A stretch of 64,000 nucleotides of DNA from Candidatus Hydrogenedentota bacterium (GTDB lineage Bacteria; Hydrogenedentota; Hydrogenedentia; Hydrogenedentales; SLHB01), in NCBI GenBank assembly GCA_963674865.2, contig CAXXYE010000008.1, positions 128,001 through 192,000 on the forward strand, read 5' to 3'. The position numbers and the translations under genes are program-made. Below, piece after piece: positions 19,803 through 30,789 of this stretch. Position 1 is the stretch's first letter, and every line of letters begins with the position of its first letter. Under the pieces are notes generated by a model. The model ran no database searches. It was not told where the DNA came from and saw only the letters and a program-made list of their open reading frames with translations.

Positions 19803-20569
19803 TTCTGAGCCTCTTTGGCCAGGCGCGTTGCGCCTTGAAGTCGGGCCTCGGCCGAGGAAAGGAAGGCCTCGGGCCGGACCTTGCTGATAGGCTCCTCATC
19901 TATGGAGCCTTCGCGGCCATTCTCGTCGCCATAGCCCACGAAGGATAGCTTGGCGGGGGCACCCGAAAGGCCGTCCAATGTCGCGGCGAACACCATCGAG
20001 GGGATCTTGTCCCGGGCAACGTTCAGTTCGACGCGGCAGACGACCTTGTCTTCAGTGAGGCGCTGCCTTACCTCCGGACTAAGCGTAAAGGCTCTGGTGA
20101 AGACTTGTGCCTTCGTTGTTGCTCCGGATATTGCGTCCGGCAGAGGCTTGTCCTTTGGGGGGTAGTAGCTCTTGCCGTAACGGACGTTGCGCGCGTGAGC
20201 CCACACCGGCAGGCAGCCGGGGACGGAGCGGAGCGTGAAGCCAAACAACCGTATATAGCTGTTTCCGAGTCCCTGGCGTGCTGTAGCGTCCGTCACAAAG
20301 AGAGTCTCGACGTACTTGCCGTGCGTGTCTTCGAGCCAAATGGCCATCTGATAGTAGTCATCACTGAGAGCATTAGGCCCGAATTTGAGGCTCACGTTCA
20401 GCGTCCCCGCCTTCGTACTGTCGGCGGCTAATGCGAAGCCGGCCAAGGCCAATAGGACAAAGCAGGCTCCCACGTATCTCAAGCACATACGGAGTCTCAT
20501 CAGCATGTACCTCATCGGCAAACGGCCAATGCCAACCTTCGCGGCATGCCGAACGCCGCCGCTCAGCAA
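19799..20569 (-). CDS. DUF2271-like exported protein
   Basis: Signal peptide; QMAIWLED..GKYVETLFVT, LPVWAH, PDAISGAT. True start is probably at 20488-20515. Confidence 0.7.
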   Translation of the reverse strand: MLSGGVRHAAKVGIGRLPMRYMLMRLRMCLRYVGACFVLLALAGFALAADSTKAGTLNVSLKFGPNALSDDYYQMAIWLEDTHGKYVETLFVTDATARQGLGNSYIRLFGFTLRSVPGCLPVWAHARNVRYGKSYYPPKDKPLPDAISGATTKAQVFTRAFTLSPEVRQRLTEDKVVCRVELNVARDKIPSMVFAATLDGLSGAPAKLSFVGYGDENGREGSIDEEPISKVRPEAFLSSAEARLQGATRLAKEAQK

Positions 20570-20738
20570 CCGGAAAAACTATCGATATGAGACGAAACAA
20601 GAGCAGCAGGGGCTGTTGTTCCCCAAACAGGATCATCAGGTAATTCCTCATGGCTGGTTGTATTGCGCGTCCGCCGTGGTTACACTTCGCGCCACAAACC
20701 CATGCTGCATGCACGTTTCGTGAAAGACTTGGGCTCTG

Positions 20739-21035
20739 TTGTTCTCTCCGAGTTCCTCCACTGGACGTACCATTGCTGGACTGACCCTCTTTCTGTGCCT
20801 CGCTGGTTGCGCGGTGCATCAGGTCGCTCTCAGCCCTCGCCCCACCATTGATGCGCCCCCCGCTTATAGTGTGGAGCCCGAGGTTGGAGGGGCCCCGAGC
20901 GATGCCTGGTGGCTGGCCTTCGACGACGCGAGACTCAACGAACTCATTGAGGCTTCTCTCGAGCAGAACATCACTGTGGCGCAGGCCCTTGAGCCTGCCG
21001 CGCATGGCTCCTTCGCCCCCACGCCAAGGCCATAG
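20739..21035 (+). pseudogene. N-terminal fragment of an OprM/NodT-type efflux lipoprotein
   Basis: Lipobox CLAGC, then AWWLAFDDARLNELIEASLEQNITVAQA; similarity ends abruptly near 20990. Confidence 0.75.
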
Positions 21036-21046
21036 CCAGGCCTCAG

Positions 21047-21286
21047 GTGGAAATGTCGGCGGGTCGGCGCCGCTTCCGCCCGATTCTCCTCACGAGTCTA
21101 ACCACCTTCGTCGGCCTTATGCCCATGATATTCGAGACCTCCAGCCAAGCCCGCTTCCTGGTTCCCATGGCCATTGCCCTCGGATTCGGCACCTTCTTCT
21201 CTGCTCCCGTTGTGATGCTCCTGCCGGCGTGTCTGCGCTCCAACGGATGGACCCGGAGGACTCGTTCTCAACCTGCGGCTAATTGA
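21047..21286 (+). pseudogene. C-terminal fragment of an AcrB-type RND permease
   Basis: [43 protein letters not shown] (last two TMs only). Confidence 0.8.
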
Positions 21287-21517
21287 CCGGCCGCTTCCCG
21301 TGGGCGCCTTGCCGCCTCCGTAAGGAGCGCCGGCAAGAGCGGCTGTGATAACGCACTCGCTACGGGAGAAGCCTTAACCAACCTCGGGCCAAGGGTTTAG
21401 GGCAAGATTTCGAAAAGGAGTGACTTCCTGATCTGGGATTTGCTACACTGAATGTGGAGATGTGTGTTGGCTGCATCACATCCTCCGCTCACAATGGGAA
21501 GCAGAAGGAGAAGGACA

Positions 21518-22822
21518 ATGAGGTCGACTTACTTGGGGGCAACCTTGATGGCGTTGGCGGTTGTAGGTTTATGGACTGCACCTGCATCCGCAGACGTCCT
21601 GTATGGCGTCGAACGCGTGTCCGGCGACGTCATTCGCATGGATGTGGACCAGAATGCGTTGACGTTCAACGTCGCTATTCTCGGCAACACACAGGACATC
21701 TATGATCCGGTGACTTCCGGCGTGCCGCTCGAGCAGTCGCTGATTTCGTCCAACGGGTTTGCGTACGACGCGGTTCACCATCGGCTCTACTACGGCGTGC
21801 CGCAAGATCCCAGTGACGGCATGAGTCCCAGCACGCTCTACTACCACGCTCTGGACGGCAGCGACACGGACGCGGGCACCAATGTGTTGGCAGGCCCCAT
21901 ATCGGGCAATTCGGCCGACGGTGCATTCTACAACGGCTCTTACTACTACATCGCAAATGGCACCGATGATCTGTATCAGGTGCCGCTGGACCCCGTTGCG
22001 GGCGTCGTGAACGGCGCGGAGATAGTCATTGCCAACATCTCCGGCGCCGCTGACCTTGCCATGGGCTTCGGCGATATCGATATCACCGACGGCGGATTCC
22101 TGTACGGCACTGCCAACACCCGGACCGGTTACAAGTACATCTTCTTCACGCTTGACCTGAATGATGCCAATCCGCCCGACACATACGCCGAGATTCTAAA
22201 AGACACTGACAAGACGCGGCCGCAGTTCGCGCTTGGATGTGAAGGACGGCTCTGGGCCAACGATACGCCGGACGGACAGTTCTACAGCGTTTCTGATAAC
22301 GGCCAGTTGACTCCGGTTTTCGTGGGGCCGTTGCTCAATGACCTTGCCTCGGGCGAGTGTGACATGCCTTGCGAGAACATCACCGTCGTGCCCCTTTGCG
22401 CCGGACAGGACCTGCCGGTTGGCACCGTTACGGTGGCCAATGACGATGCTCAAGTCTGTGTAACCTACGAAGTGCTGGGCGACTGGTACATCGAGGCGAC
22501 CCACCTCTCGATACACACCGACGCCAGTGCCTTCCCGCAGACCAAGTCGGGCAATCCAAAGGTTGGGAAATTCGAGTACGGCGACTGCTTCGAAACGCCC
22601 GTACAAGTGGTACAGTATTGCTTCACCTTCGAAGACCTCGGCATTGGCCTCGACACGGCGATTGTCATTGCGGCGCACGCGGCCGTAGTGAGGATGGAGG
22701 CCGGTGAGGTCGTTTCGGGTGAGACCGCATGGGGCGACGGCTGCGAGGGAACCGGCTTCCCCGGCAAGAGTTGGGCCACCTACTTCACCCACTTGGTGCA
22801 ATGCGGCTACGTGGAGCAGTAG
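21518..22822 (+). CDS. Secreted acidic protein: beta-propeller-like N domain plus a Cys-containing C domain
   Basis: Signal peptide; SNGFAYD..RLYY, FGDIDITDGGFLYG blades; C domain AGQ..VGTVTV..THL..GNPKVGKF..IAAHA..ETAWG..SWATYF. Confidence 0.75.
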   Translation: MRSTYLGATLMALAVVGLWTAPASADVLYGVERVSGDVIRMDVDQNALTFNVAILGNTQDIYDPVTSGVPLEQSLISSNGFAYDAVHHRLYYGVPQDPSDGMSPSTLYYHALDGSDTDAGTNVLAGPISGNSADGAFYNGSYYYIANGTDDLYQVPLDPVAGVVNGAEIVIANISGAADLAMGFGDIDITDGGFLYGTANTRTGYKYIFFTLDLNDANPPDTYAEILKDTDKTRPQFALGCEGRLWANDTPDGQFYSVSDNGQLTPVFVGPLLNDLASGECDMPCENITVVPLCAGQDLPVGTVTVANDDAQVCVTYEVLGDWYIEATHLSIHTDASAFPQTKSGNPKVGKFEYGDCFETPVQVVQYCFTFEDLGIGLDTAIVIAAHAAVVRMEAGEVVSGETAWGDGCEGTGFPGKSWATYFTHLVQCGYVEQ

Positions 22823-22855
22823 CGTCGCGATAGAAGCATTCTTAAAGCCCTTATG

Positions 22856-22891
22856 GCGGGGCCCCTTCGCGGGTGCCCCGCTTCTTCTTTT
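22856..22891 (+). terminator. Intrinsic terminator
   Basis: gcggggc..gccccgc stem followed by ttcttctttt. Confidence 0.7.
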
Positions 22892-23553
22892 GCTCCCGTA
22901 CCTTTCTCGCGCTTCCCGAGGTTAACCTACCGCATTTGTTGTCTGCACGCGTCCGGACACAACGTCTGACAACGGCGAACACAGTTCAACGCGGCTTGCC
23001 GATGCGCGATGCCTTTCTTCTGCTTCCTGTTATAACGGTTGACGCCCCATAGGTGATTCTGGTCAAATGCTGTCTAACAGCCGTGGTTAATACAATTGTA
23101 GTGGAGAGGCCGTATCTCCGTACTTCTCTGGTCTTGTTCTTCTTAAGGAGGCGGCCGTTGGTTTCGGCAAAGTTGAGCGAGTCCGGACATTGGCGTTGCC
23201 TGCCGCGCCACCTGGCTCAACGCGGTAGGAACTTGAGGCCGCTTTCGTCAAGTGCGGAGGCGATGGGACAAGCGCCGAAGAACTCAGAGGGCCATTTGCC
23301 TCTAGCTAAATGCTGATCCTCCACGGCGGATGATGCGGCGGTTCCTTATGGTACCGTAGTTGAAGCCGGGCGATTGAGGGAGAGCGGGGCGGGGAAGGAA
23401 GACCGGAAACGACAGCAGAAGGAGGAGGAACACGGCACGTGGCACCGACGCCGGTGGCGATGAAGTCCGGTTCATTTGAGCAGTCCATCAGAGTGGTCAA
23501 AGTCGTTGAAGATCCTTAGTGAATACCGTTTTGCTGCCCCAACATGGAGATAA

Positions 23554-26500
23554 GTGATGCAGGATATGCTGCGCCTTGTGCTTGATACCTCACCCAACTG
23601 CGTGTTCGTCAAGGACGGCCAGGGGCGGTATGTGCTTGTCAACCGAGCCATCGCGGACCTGTACGCTACCTCGCGGGAGAGCATGATCGGACATACGGAC
23701 GAGGAACTCCTGAGCGCAAGCCAGGAAGATGCCCGGCGTTTCGTCCGCGATGACCGCAGAGTGCTCGATACCGAACAGGAAGTGGTGATCCCCAAAGAGC
23801 GGTTTCTTCTTCCGAACGGCTCGGTGAAGTGGTTTCGCACCGTCAAGACGCCCATAGTCCTTCCCTCGGGCGCGACCTGTGTCCTGGGCATTGCGGTGGA
23901 TATCACGACGCAGACGGAAACAGAAGAAGCCTTACGCGAGCGCCAGCGCATGCTCGATCAGACGGGGGCCATGGCTCGCATAGGCGGATGGGAATACGAT
24001 CTGGAGACCGGGAAAGCCGTATGGACCCGCGCCCTCTATGACATCATGGAACTCGACTACAATGCCTCGCCGCCCGGACTCGATGAACACCTGCTCCATT
24101 ACCCTCCCGCCTCAAGGACCGTCCTTGAAGAGGCCTACCGAGGCGCCGTCAACCAGGGGATCCCTTTCGACCTTGAGTTGGATGTCTATACCGCCAAACG
24201 TGAACCTCTAAGGTGCCGTGTCTATGGCGAGCCGGCGTTCCAGAACGACAATTGCGTCAGGCTGAGGGGGACTATCCAGGATATCTCCGCCCGTAAGGGC
24301 GCGGAAGACGCGTTGCGCGAGAGCGAAGAGAAGTACCGGCTCCTTGCGGAGAACACCCTCGACTGCATCTGGGTGATGAACATGGAGTTTGTGTTCACCT
24401 ACGTCAACCCGGCCGTCAAGCAGATGATGGGATATACCGTGGAAGAGTGGCAGGGGAGCAGGCTTACGGACCATTGCGACCCAGAGCACTTTGCCCAAGT
24501 GCATGAATACCTCAAGAAGGCCATAAGGAAACTGCCCGATAACTCTCCCATTCTCATTGAAACAGAGATGATCGGGAAGGGCGGGCAACCCGTGCCGGTG
24601 GACATTGTGGCCAAGCTTCTCGTCGATGAACGCGGCAAGCCCGTTGCCTTTCAGGCGATGAGCCGCAACATTGCCGAACGGAAACGCGCGGAGAGGGAAC
24701 TGCAGAAGGCTTTGCTCGACACGCAGACCCGCGAGCGGCAGATTGCCATGCTACTCGAGTCGGCGCAGGCCGTTATGGAGTGTCAGACCTGTGAGGAAGC
24801 CCTGCAGCGGGTGTTCGATGCCTGTCGCGAGGCCACAGGGGCATCGTCCGGCTACGTTGCTCTACTTACACCGGATGGCGCGAACAGCGACATGGTTGTT
24901 CTGGACACCGGCGGATGCCCGTGTGGCGTTAATCCCGACCTCGCCATGCCCATTCGCGGCTTGCGAGCGGAGGCCTACAGCCTCCGGGATGCCGTCTACG
25001 AGAACGACTTCCCCAACAGTGAATGGGCGCGTTTCATACCCACGGGCCACACCGCCGTCGATAACATCCTGTTCGCGCCGCTTCTTGTCGATGACAGAGC
25101 CGTTGGCCTGCTCGGTTTGGCCAACAAGCCGGGCGGTTTTGGCCAAGAGGACGCCAGGCTCGCCATGGTCTTTAGCCAACAGGCCGCTATTGCCCTCCGC
25201 AATGCTCGTGACCGCGAAGCCCTTGCCGCAAGCGAGGCCAAGTACCGGAGCTACGTCAATACTTCGCCTGTCGCCATCTTTATCGTGGATCATGACGGCC
25301 ATCACCTTGAGGTCAATGAAGCCGCCTGTACGCTGCTCGGATACGCCTGCGAGGAACTCCTCGCCATGGGAGTCTCCGATGTTGATGTGCCCGACGAAGA
25401 AAGATCCCTCGGCGAGGCGTTCGACCTGTTGAAGCGCAATGGCCGTTTTAGCGGCGAGCAATCGCTCCGACGCAAAGACGGTCAGCCGGTTAGAGTGGCC
25501 CTCGACGCAACCGCTCTCGAAGACGGGCGCTACATGTGGTTCTGCGCGGACATCACTACGCGTGTTTCCCTCGAGGAACAATTGCGCCATGCTCAGAGAA
25601 TGGAGGCTGTCGGGCGTCTGGCGGGAGGGATCGCACATGATTTCAACAACATCCTCCAAACCATCATGGGCTACAGCCAGATGTTGAGCGATGAAATGGA
25701 GGAAGGTACCGACTTTCACGAGTTCGTCCATGAAATCGTGACCGGCGCGGAACGCGCCGCGGCACTGACGCGTCAGTTGCTTGCCTTCAGTAGGCGTCAG
25801 GTGCTGACGCTCGAAGACCTCAACCTGAACGAAGTCATCGAAGCACTAGCGAAGATGCTTGGACGCGTCATAGGCGAGGATGTGCGGTTAAGCTTCATGC
25901 CGGGGCGGGACCTTGGAACGGTGCGCGCCGATCGCGGCCAGATGGAGCAGATCCTGATGAACCTCGCCGTCAACGCACGCGATGCGATGCCCGGAGGCGG
26001 CGTTCTCACCATCGAAACGGAGAATATCATCATTGATACGCCCTACTGCGAGACCCACGCTTGGGCACAGCCGGGCAGGTACGTGCTCCTATCCGTTACC
26101 GATACAGGCTGCGGCATGGACAGCGAGACTATGGCACACGCCTTTGAGCCGTTTTTCACCACGAAGGACACAGGCCAAGGTACCGGCCTAGGCTTGGCTA
26201 CAGTGCACGGCATCGTGAACCAGCACTCCGGCATGATCAATGTCTACAGTGAGGTCGAAAAAGGCACGATGTTCAAGGTTTACCTGCCCTTGGTGAATCG
26301 ACCGGCTCTGACCGTGGGCTCGAAGGTTATCAAACGGGCCTCGGGAGGCACCGAGACCATTCTCCTCGTCGAGGACGATGAGATGGTCCGGCAACTGGGA
26401 AATCGCGTCTTGATGCACGCCGGATACACCGTCTTGAGCGCCGTCGACGGTATGGACGCATTGCGCGTCTTCCGGGAAAACAGCGACCGTATTGACCTCG

Positions 26501-26733
26501 TGCTTCTCGATGTGGTTATGCCTGAACTGAGCGGCCGTGGCGTCTACGATGAACTCCGCAAGACCTATCCCGACCTCAAGTTCCTATTCACGAGTGGCTA
26601 TAGCACCAACGCCATCCACACCGACTTCGTTCTTCAAGAGGGAATTGAGTTTGTACAGAAGCCCTACTCCCCCAACGCTCTCCTGCGCAAAGTCAGGGAG
26701 ATCCTGGACCGAGACGATCAAGCCTCTGAGTGA
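23554..26733 (+). CDS. Cytoplasmic hybrid sensor kinase (PAS x3, GAF, PAS, HisKA, HATPase, REC), CckA-like
   Basis: LAGGIAHDFNNIL, MNLAVNARDAM, DTGCGM, FEPFFTTK, GTGLGL, LLVEDD..LLDVVMP..KPY; no TM segment seen. Confidence 0.93.
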   Translation: MMQDMLRLVLDTSPNCVFVKDGQGRYVLVNRAIADLYATSRESMIGHTDEELLSASQEDARRFVRDDRRVLDTEQEVVIPKERFLLPNGSVKWFRTVKTPIVLPSGATCVLGIAVDITTQTETEEALRERQRMLDQTGAMARIGGWEYDLETGKAVWTRALYDIMELDYNASPPGLDEHLLHYPPASRTVLEEAYRGAVNQGIPFDLELDVYTAKREPLRCRVYGEPAFQNDNCVRLRGTIQDISARKGAEDALRESEEKYRLLAENTLDCIWVMNMEFVFTYVNPAVKQMMGYTVEEWQGSRLTDHCDPEHFAQVHEYLKKAIRKLPDNSPILIETEMIGKGGQPVPVDIVAKLLVDERGKPVAFQAMSRNIAERKRAERELQKALLDTQTRERQIAMLLESAQAVMECQTCEEALQRVFDACREATGASSGYVALLTPDGANSDMVVLDTGGCPCGVNPDLAMPIRGLRAEAYSLRDAVYENDFPNSEWARFIPTGHTAVDNILFAPLLVDDRAVGLLGLANKPGGFGQEDARLAMVFSQQAAIALRNARDREALAASEAKYRSYVNTSPVAIFIVDHDGHHLEVNEAACTLLGYACEELLAMGVSDVDVPDEERSLGEAFDLLKRNGRFSGEQSLRRKDGQPVRVALDATALEDGRYMWFCADITTRVSLEEQLRHAQRMEAVGRLAGGIAHDFNNILQTIMGYSQMLSDEMEEGTDFHEFVHEIVTGAERAAALTRQLLAFSRRQVLTLEDLNLNEVIEALAKMLGRVIGEDVRLSFMPGRDLGTVRADRGQMEQILMNLAVNARDAMPGGGVLTIETENIIIDTPYCETHAWAQPGRYVLLSVTDTGCGMDSETMAHAFEPFFTTKDTGQGTGLGLATVHGIVNQHSGMINVYSEVEKGTMFKVYLPLVNRPALTVGSKVIKRASGGTETILLVEDDEMVRQLGNRVLMHAGYTVLSAVDGMDALRVFRENSDRIDLVLLDVVMPELSGRGVYDELRKTYPDLKFLFTSGYSTNAIHTDFVLQEGIEFVQKPYSPNALLRKVREILDRDDQASE

Positions 26734-26866
26734 GGCGGGCGACCCGCGGCGACAGGCCTTGCTAGTAGCTGAAAGGAGGGTAGGTGTGCTCCGCTAAACT
26801 ATTGTATAACAATGACTTCGGCCCTCCTCCGGGGAGGGGCGAGCCTGCGCCAACGCAAAGGAGTGC

Positions 26867-26895
26867 TTGCAGGAATCCCCTAGTCTCCCTATACT
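26867..26895 (+). promoter_or_regulatory. Putative sigma70 promoter of the H-NOX operon
   Basis: TTGCAG-N17-TATACT. Confidence 0.5.
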
Positions 26896-27009
26896 GATAG
26901 ATGTCCGGTCATTTCCCGGGAGAACAACGGGATGGCGCCAAGGTGGGCGCCGGTGCCGCGAAGTTGTGTGGTCGTGCGGCGTCCGGCGTGAGGACTAGGG
27001 GAGGGCGCG

Positions 27010-27555
27010 GTGAAGGGCATCATAAACAAGGGGATTCAGGAGTTCATTGAGTCGACGCACGGCGAGGCCGTGTGGAATGCCGTGAAGGAAAGGGCAGGTT
27101 GTGAGGAGGTGCCCTTCTTCGCTGTGGGGCAAGACTATCCCGACGCAATGAGCGTTGCGCTGATCCAGGCGGCTGCGGAAACGCTCGGCGTCCCCGTCGA
27201 GACGGCAATGCTTGAGTGTGGGAAATTCATGGTGCCGAACACCGTGAAGAGAAACTACCCAAGCTACATTGCCCTCGCCGGGTCGTCGGCCCGCGAGTTC
27301 CTCCTCAACATGACGCGCATCCACCGGCAAGTGACGCGGAGCATCGCAAACGCCGCGCCGCCCAACTTCGAGTACGAGGAACTCGAAGACGGCCGTCTGA
27401 TAATGCACTACCAGTCGGAGCGGCGCCTGTGTGCCGTACTTCATGGCCTCATCCTGGGCGTCGGCGTCCTTTTCGGCGAGGACCTTGAGGTCGAGGAAGT
27501 CAACTGCGTCCTTCGAGGCGATGCGCGCTGCAGTATGGCGGTTACGTTCCCATGA
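27010..27555 (+). CDS. H-NOX (heme NO-binding) protein
   Basis: MKGII..FIE..G..W, YPD, proximal His in RIHRQV, PPNF, YxSxR (YQSER), GLILG. Confidence 0.92.
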   Translation: MKGIINKGIQEFIESTHGEAVWNAVKERAGCEEVPFFAVGQDYPDAMSVALIQAAAETLGVPVETAMLECGKFMVPNTVKRNYPSYIALAGSSAREFLLNMTRIHRQVTRSIANAAPPNFEYEELEDGRLIMHYQSERRLCAVLHGLILGVGVLFGEDLEVEEVNCVLRGDARCSMAVTFP

Positions 27556-30500
27556 GCGGCGGCGCGATTCACGTGCCGTTGGAGTCGCTCGGAAAGTTGG
27601 CTCCGTTTGTCTTGCTGGCCCATCCCGACGACGGGATTAATTGGGCAAACGAGGCCCTCGCAGGCCGTATCACCGATATCGTCGGGCGCCCGATCGGCGA
27701 TATTCTTGCACGACGAGACGGCGAGGAAGGCGCGGCTTGGGCCCTCAACGCCGTGGAGCCCGGCTTGCCGTATAAGCTCTCCCTGCTCGCGCCGAAACGG
27801 CCCTTGCCCGTCGTTGCAAGGTGTTTCCCAACAGGCCACGAGTGGCTGATTCTCGCCTCGCCCGATCCCGCCGACAGCGAGGATCTCGCCCTCTTCGATT
27901 TCGATGATTTCCCTGAGGACAGCCACACGCTCGACGTGATAGCTATGCGCGACGAAATGCGCGCGTCTCTCGAGGAAGCCGGCCGTGCGGCCGACGCCTT
28001 GGTTCGCCAGAAGCAGCAAGTTCAAGCGGCTCAACGGCAATTAGAGGCCATTTTTCAGAGTTCGCTCGTAGGCGTGATGGTTCTGGAGAACCGAATCATC
28101 AAGAAGCTGAACCGCCGCATGGCGGATATCCTCGGCTATGAGCCCGAAGACCTCCTCGATAAAGGGCCCCAACAACTGCACCTTTCCCCGGAGAACTTTG
28201 AAGAGTTCGGCCGCGAATACTACTGGAGACTTGCCGAGAAGCAGTTTGTGCAGGTCGAATACCCATTGCGCCACAGGGATGGACACACCGTCTGGTGCCA
28301 GTTCAACGGCAAGGCCATCGACCCTCCCGACCTGTCCAAAGGAGCGGTATGGGTCATCGACGACATCTCCGAGCGTAGAAGGGCGCAAGAAGCGCTGCGT
28401 GAGAGTGAAGAGCGCCTGCGTACCATTCTCGAGGCGATTCAGACGGGACTCGTCATTGTCGACGCCGAAAGCCACGCAATCATCGACGTTAATCCAGCCG
28501 CGTGCATAATGATCGGCGCGCCCCGGAACCGTATCCTGGGACACGTCTGCCACCAGTTCATCTGCCCCGCGGAAGTGGGCAAATGCCCTGTCACGGACCT
28601 CGGGCAGACTGTTGAAAACGCGGAGCGTGTCTTACGCAGAGTGGACGGCACGGAGTTGCCCGTCCTTAAGACCGTCTCTCGCATTAACATTGGCGGACGA
28701 GACTGCGTTCTCGATTGCTTCGTCGACCTCGCCATTCAGAAGCGGATGGAGGAAGAACTCCGAATTGCCAAAGAGGAGGCCGAGGCCGCTGGCCGGGCCA
28801 AAGCGGACTTTCTCGCCAACATGAGCCACGAGATCCGCACACCCATGAACGGCGTGGTCGGCATGACCGAATTGCTTCTTGGAACCACACTCACTGAAGA
28901 GCAGCGCGAATTCGCGACCACCATCGAGAAGAGCGCCGAGGCGCTCCTGACCATCATCAACGATATCCTCGATTTCTCCAAGATCGACGCCGGCAAGCTC
29001 GAACTCGAAACCCTTGAATTCGACCTGAGAACGACCCTGGAAGATGCCAATGATCTCTTGGCCTTGAGGGCCCAAGACAAGGGCCTAGAATACGCATGCC
29101 TTATCGAGCCCGACTTGCCCGTGTTGCTTGTGGGCGATCCCGGACGCCTTCGCCAAGTGATTACAAACCTCGCCGGCAACGCCGTCAAATTCACGCAAGA
29201 GGGTGAGATCGTCCTCAGCGTTGAGCTGCTTAGCGAAACCGAGGGCGAGGTCAAAGTGCGTTTTGCCGTGAAGGATACCGGCGTCGGCATCCCTCAGGAC
29301 CGCCTCGATATACTCTTTGAGGCCTTCAGCCAAGCCGACACCTCCATTTCACGTCAATACGGCGGAACGGGCTTGGGCCTTGCCATATCCAAGAGTCTTG
29401 CCGAAATGATGGGCGGGGAGATCGGCGTCGAAAGCGAGGAAGGCAAGGGCTCCACTTTCTGGTTCACGGCCGCCTTCAGTAAGCAAGCTCCTGACGCCGC
29501 GTCTGCTGCCCCGTTGGCCGATCAGATTGACGTCTCCCTCAAGGACGGGCGAATCCTGCTTGTGGATGATAACGAAACCAACCGACTTGTCGTGAAGCGG
29601 CAGCTCGAATCTTGGGCCATCGAATACGCAGAGGCCGACGCGGGAGAGGCGGCCCTCGCCGCCTTGCGCGCGGCTCTGAATGACGGAAAGCCCTTCACTA
29701 TCGCGTTGCTTGATATGCAGATGCCGCGCATGGACGGTGAAACCTTGGGAAGGCGCATCAAGGAAGACAAGCATCTAAAGGACGTCGCCCTGATCATGAT
29801 GACATCTGTCGGCCGCCGCGGCGATGCCAAACGACTGAAGGACGTCGGTTTTGCTGCCTATTTAACCAAACCCGTGAAGCAATCCCAACTACTTGATTGC
29901 CTTGCCACTGTCGCCGGCGCCGCGGGAGGTGCAACTGAAAACAAAGGCAGCGCGCCGATCATCACGCGGCATACGCTGGCCGAAAGCAAACGCCGTGCGA
30001 TCCGCATCCTGCTCGCGGAAGACAACCCCACCAACCAGGCCGTTGCCATCGGGCTCCTCAAGAGAATAGGCTATCAGGTTGATGCTGTCGGAAACGGCAA
30101 GGATGCCGTCAAGGCCCTCGAAACACTTCCCTATGACCTAGTCTTGATGGATGTTCAGATGCCCACTATGGACGGCTTCGAGGCCACCCGCCTTATACGC
30201 TCCGGCACCGTCGATCTGCGCAATCCCAACGTGCCGATCATTGCGATGACCGCCCATGCCATGCGAGGTGACAGGGAGAAGTGCCTGGAGGCCGGTATGG
30301 ACGACTACGTATCCAAGCCCATTCGGCCCGCGGAGATCGCCGAAGCGGTTGAACGCCAACTCACCAAGGGAGATGCAAGACAAATGAAGTCCGAGGCCCA
30401 GCCATCTGATGCGCTCAACGAACTGCCGGTCTTCGACAAGGAGTCCCTCATCGAGAAGGTGGGCGACGACCCCGAACTGGTGGCGGTGATCATCGAAACC

Positions 30501-30749
30501 TTCGTAACCGACGCCGGCTCCCAGATCGAGGCGCTCGAAGCGCTTCTTCGAGATGCAGACGCGCAAGGATTTGCCGCCCAGGCCCATTCGCTCAAAGGGG
30601 CCGCGGGCAATGTCGGGGCGCAGCGCGTCTACAAGCTGAGTCTGGACCTCGAAATGGCGGGCAAGGAAGAGCGCCTGGAGGGGGCGCATGATATACTGGC
30701 GACGTTGAAGGAGAAGTTCCAGGAGTTCACACAAGCCATTGCCACATAG
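27552..30749 (+). CDS. Hybrid histidine kinase (PAS, PAS, HisKA, HATPase, REC, REC, Hpt)
   Basis: [22 protein letters not shown], two receivers (LLDMQMP, LMDVQMP), Hpt [17 protein letters not shown] overlap with H-NOX. Confidence 0.95.
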   Translation: MSGGAIHVPLESLGKLAPFVLLAHPDDGINWANEALAGRITDIVGRPIGDILARRDGEEGAAWALNAVEPGLPYKLSLLAPKRPLPVVARCFPTGHEWLILASPDPADSEDLALFDFDDFPEDSHTLDVIAMRDEMRASLEEAGRAADALVRQKQQVQAAQRQLEAIFQSSLVGVMVLENRIIKKLNRRMADILGYEPEDLLDKGPQQLHLSPENFEEFGREYYWRLAEKQFVQVEYPLRHRDGHTVWCQFNGKAIDPPDLSKGAVWVIDDISERRRAQEALRESEERLRTILEAIQTGLVIVDAESHAIIDVNPAACIMIGAPRNRILGHVCHQFICPAEVGKCPVTDLGQTVENAERVLRRVDGTELPVLKTVSRINIGGRDCVLDCFVDLAIQKRMEEELRIAKEEAEAAGRAKADFLANMSHEIRTPMNGVVGMTELLLGTTLTEEQREFATTIEKSAEALLTIINDILDFSKIDAGKLELETLEFDLRTTLEDANDLLALRAQDKGLEYACLIEPDLPVLLVGDPGRLRQVITNLAGNAVKFTQEGEIVLSVELLSETEGEVKVRFAVKDTGVGIPQDRLDILFEAFSQADTSISRQYGGTGLGLAISKSLAEMMGGEIGVESEEGKGSTFWFTAAFSKQAPDAASAAPLADQIDVSLKDGRILLVDDNETNRLVVKRQLESWAIEYAEADAGEAALAALRAALNDGKPFTIALLDMQMPRMDGETLGRRIKEDKHLKDVALIMMTSVGRRGDAKRLKDVGFAAYLTKPVKQSQLLDCLATVAGAAGGATENKGSAPIITRHTLAESKRRAIRILLAEDNPTNQAVAIGLLKRIGYQVDAVGNGKDAVKALETLPYDLVLMDVQMPTMDGFEATRLIRSGTVDLRNPNVPIIAMTAHAMRGDREKCLEAGMDDYVSKPIRPAEIAEAVERQLTKGDARQMKSEAQPSDALNELPVFDKESLIEKVGDDPELVAVIIETFVTDAGSQIEALEALLRDADAQGFAAQAHSLKGAAGNVGAQRVYKLSLDLEMAGKEERLEGAHDILATLKEKFQEFTQAIAT

Positions 30750-30789
30750 CTCGTGCCCGTCTCGAAAATGCGCCGATAGGAGACATATA

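Noticed and set aside
21399..21430. c-di-GMP-I riboswitch-like words (gggcaagatttcgaaaaggagtgac)
   Set aside because: The following GCAAAGC and second stem are missing and pairing is poor.
23053..23316. Possible RAYT transposase remnant (LPRHLAQRGRN, like PHHVTQRGN)
   Set aside because: Only one short motif; no HUH or flanking REPs found.
23385..23430. SRP-like GGAAGGAAG segment
   Set aside because: No surrounding helix-8 pairing; simply purine-rich.
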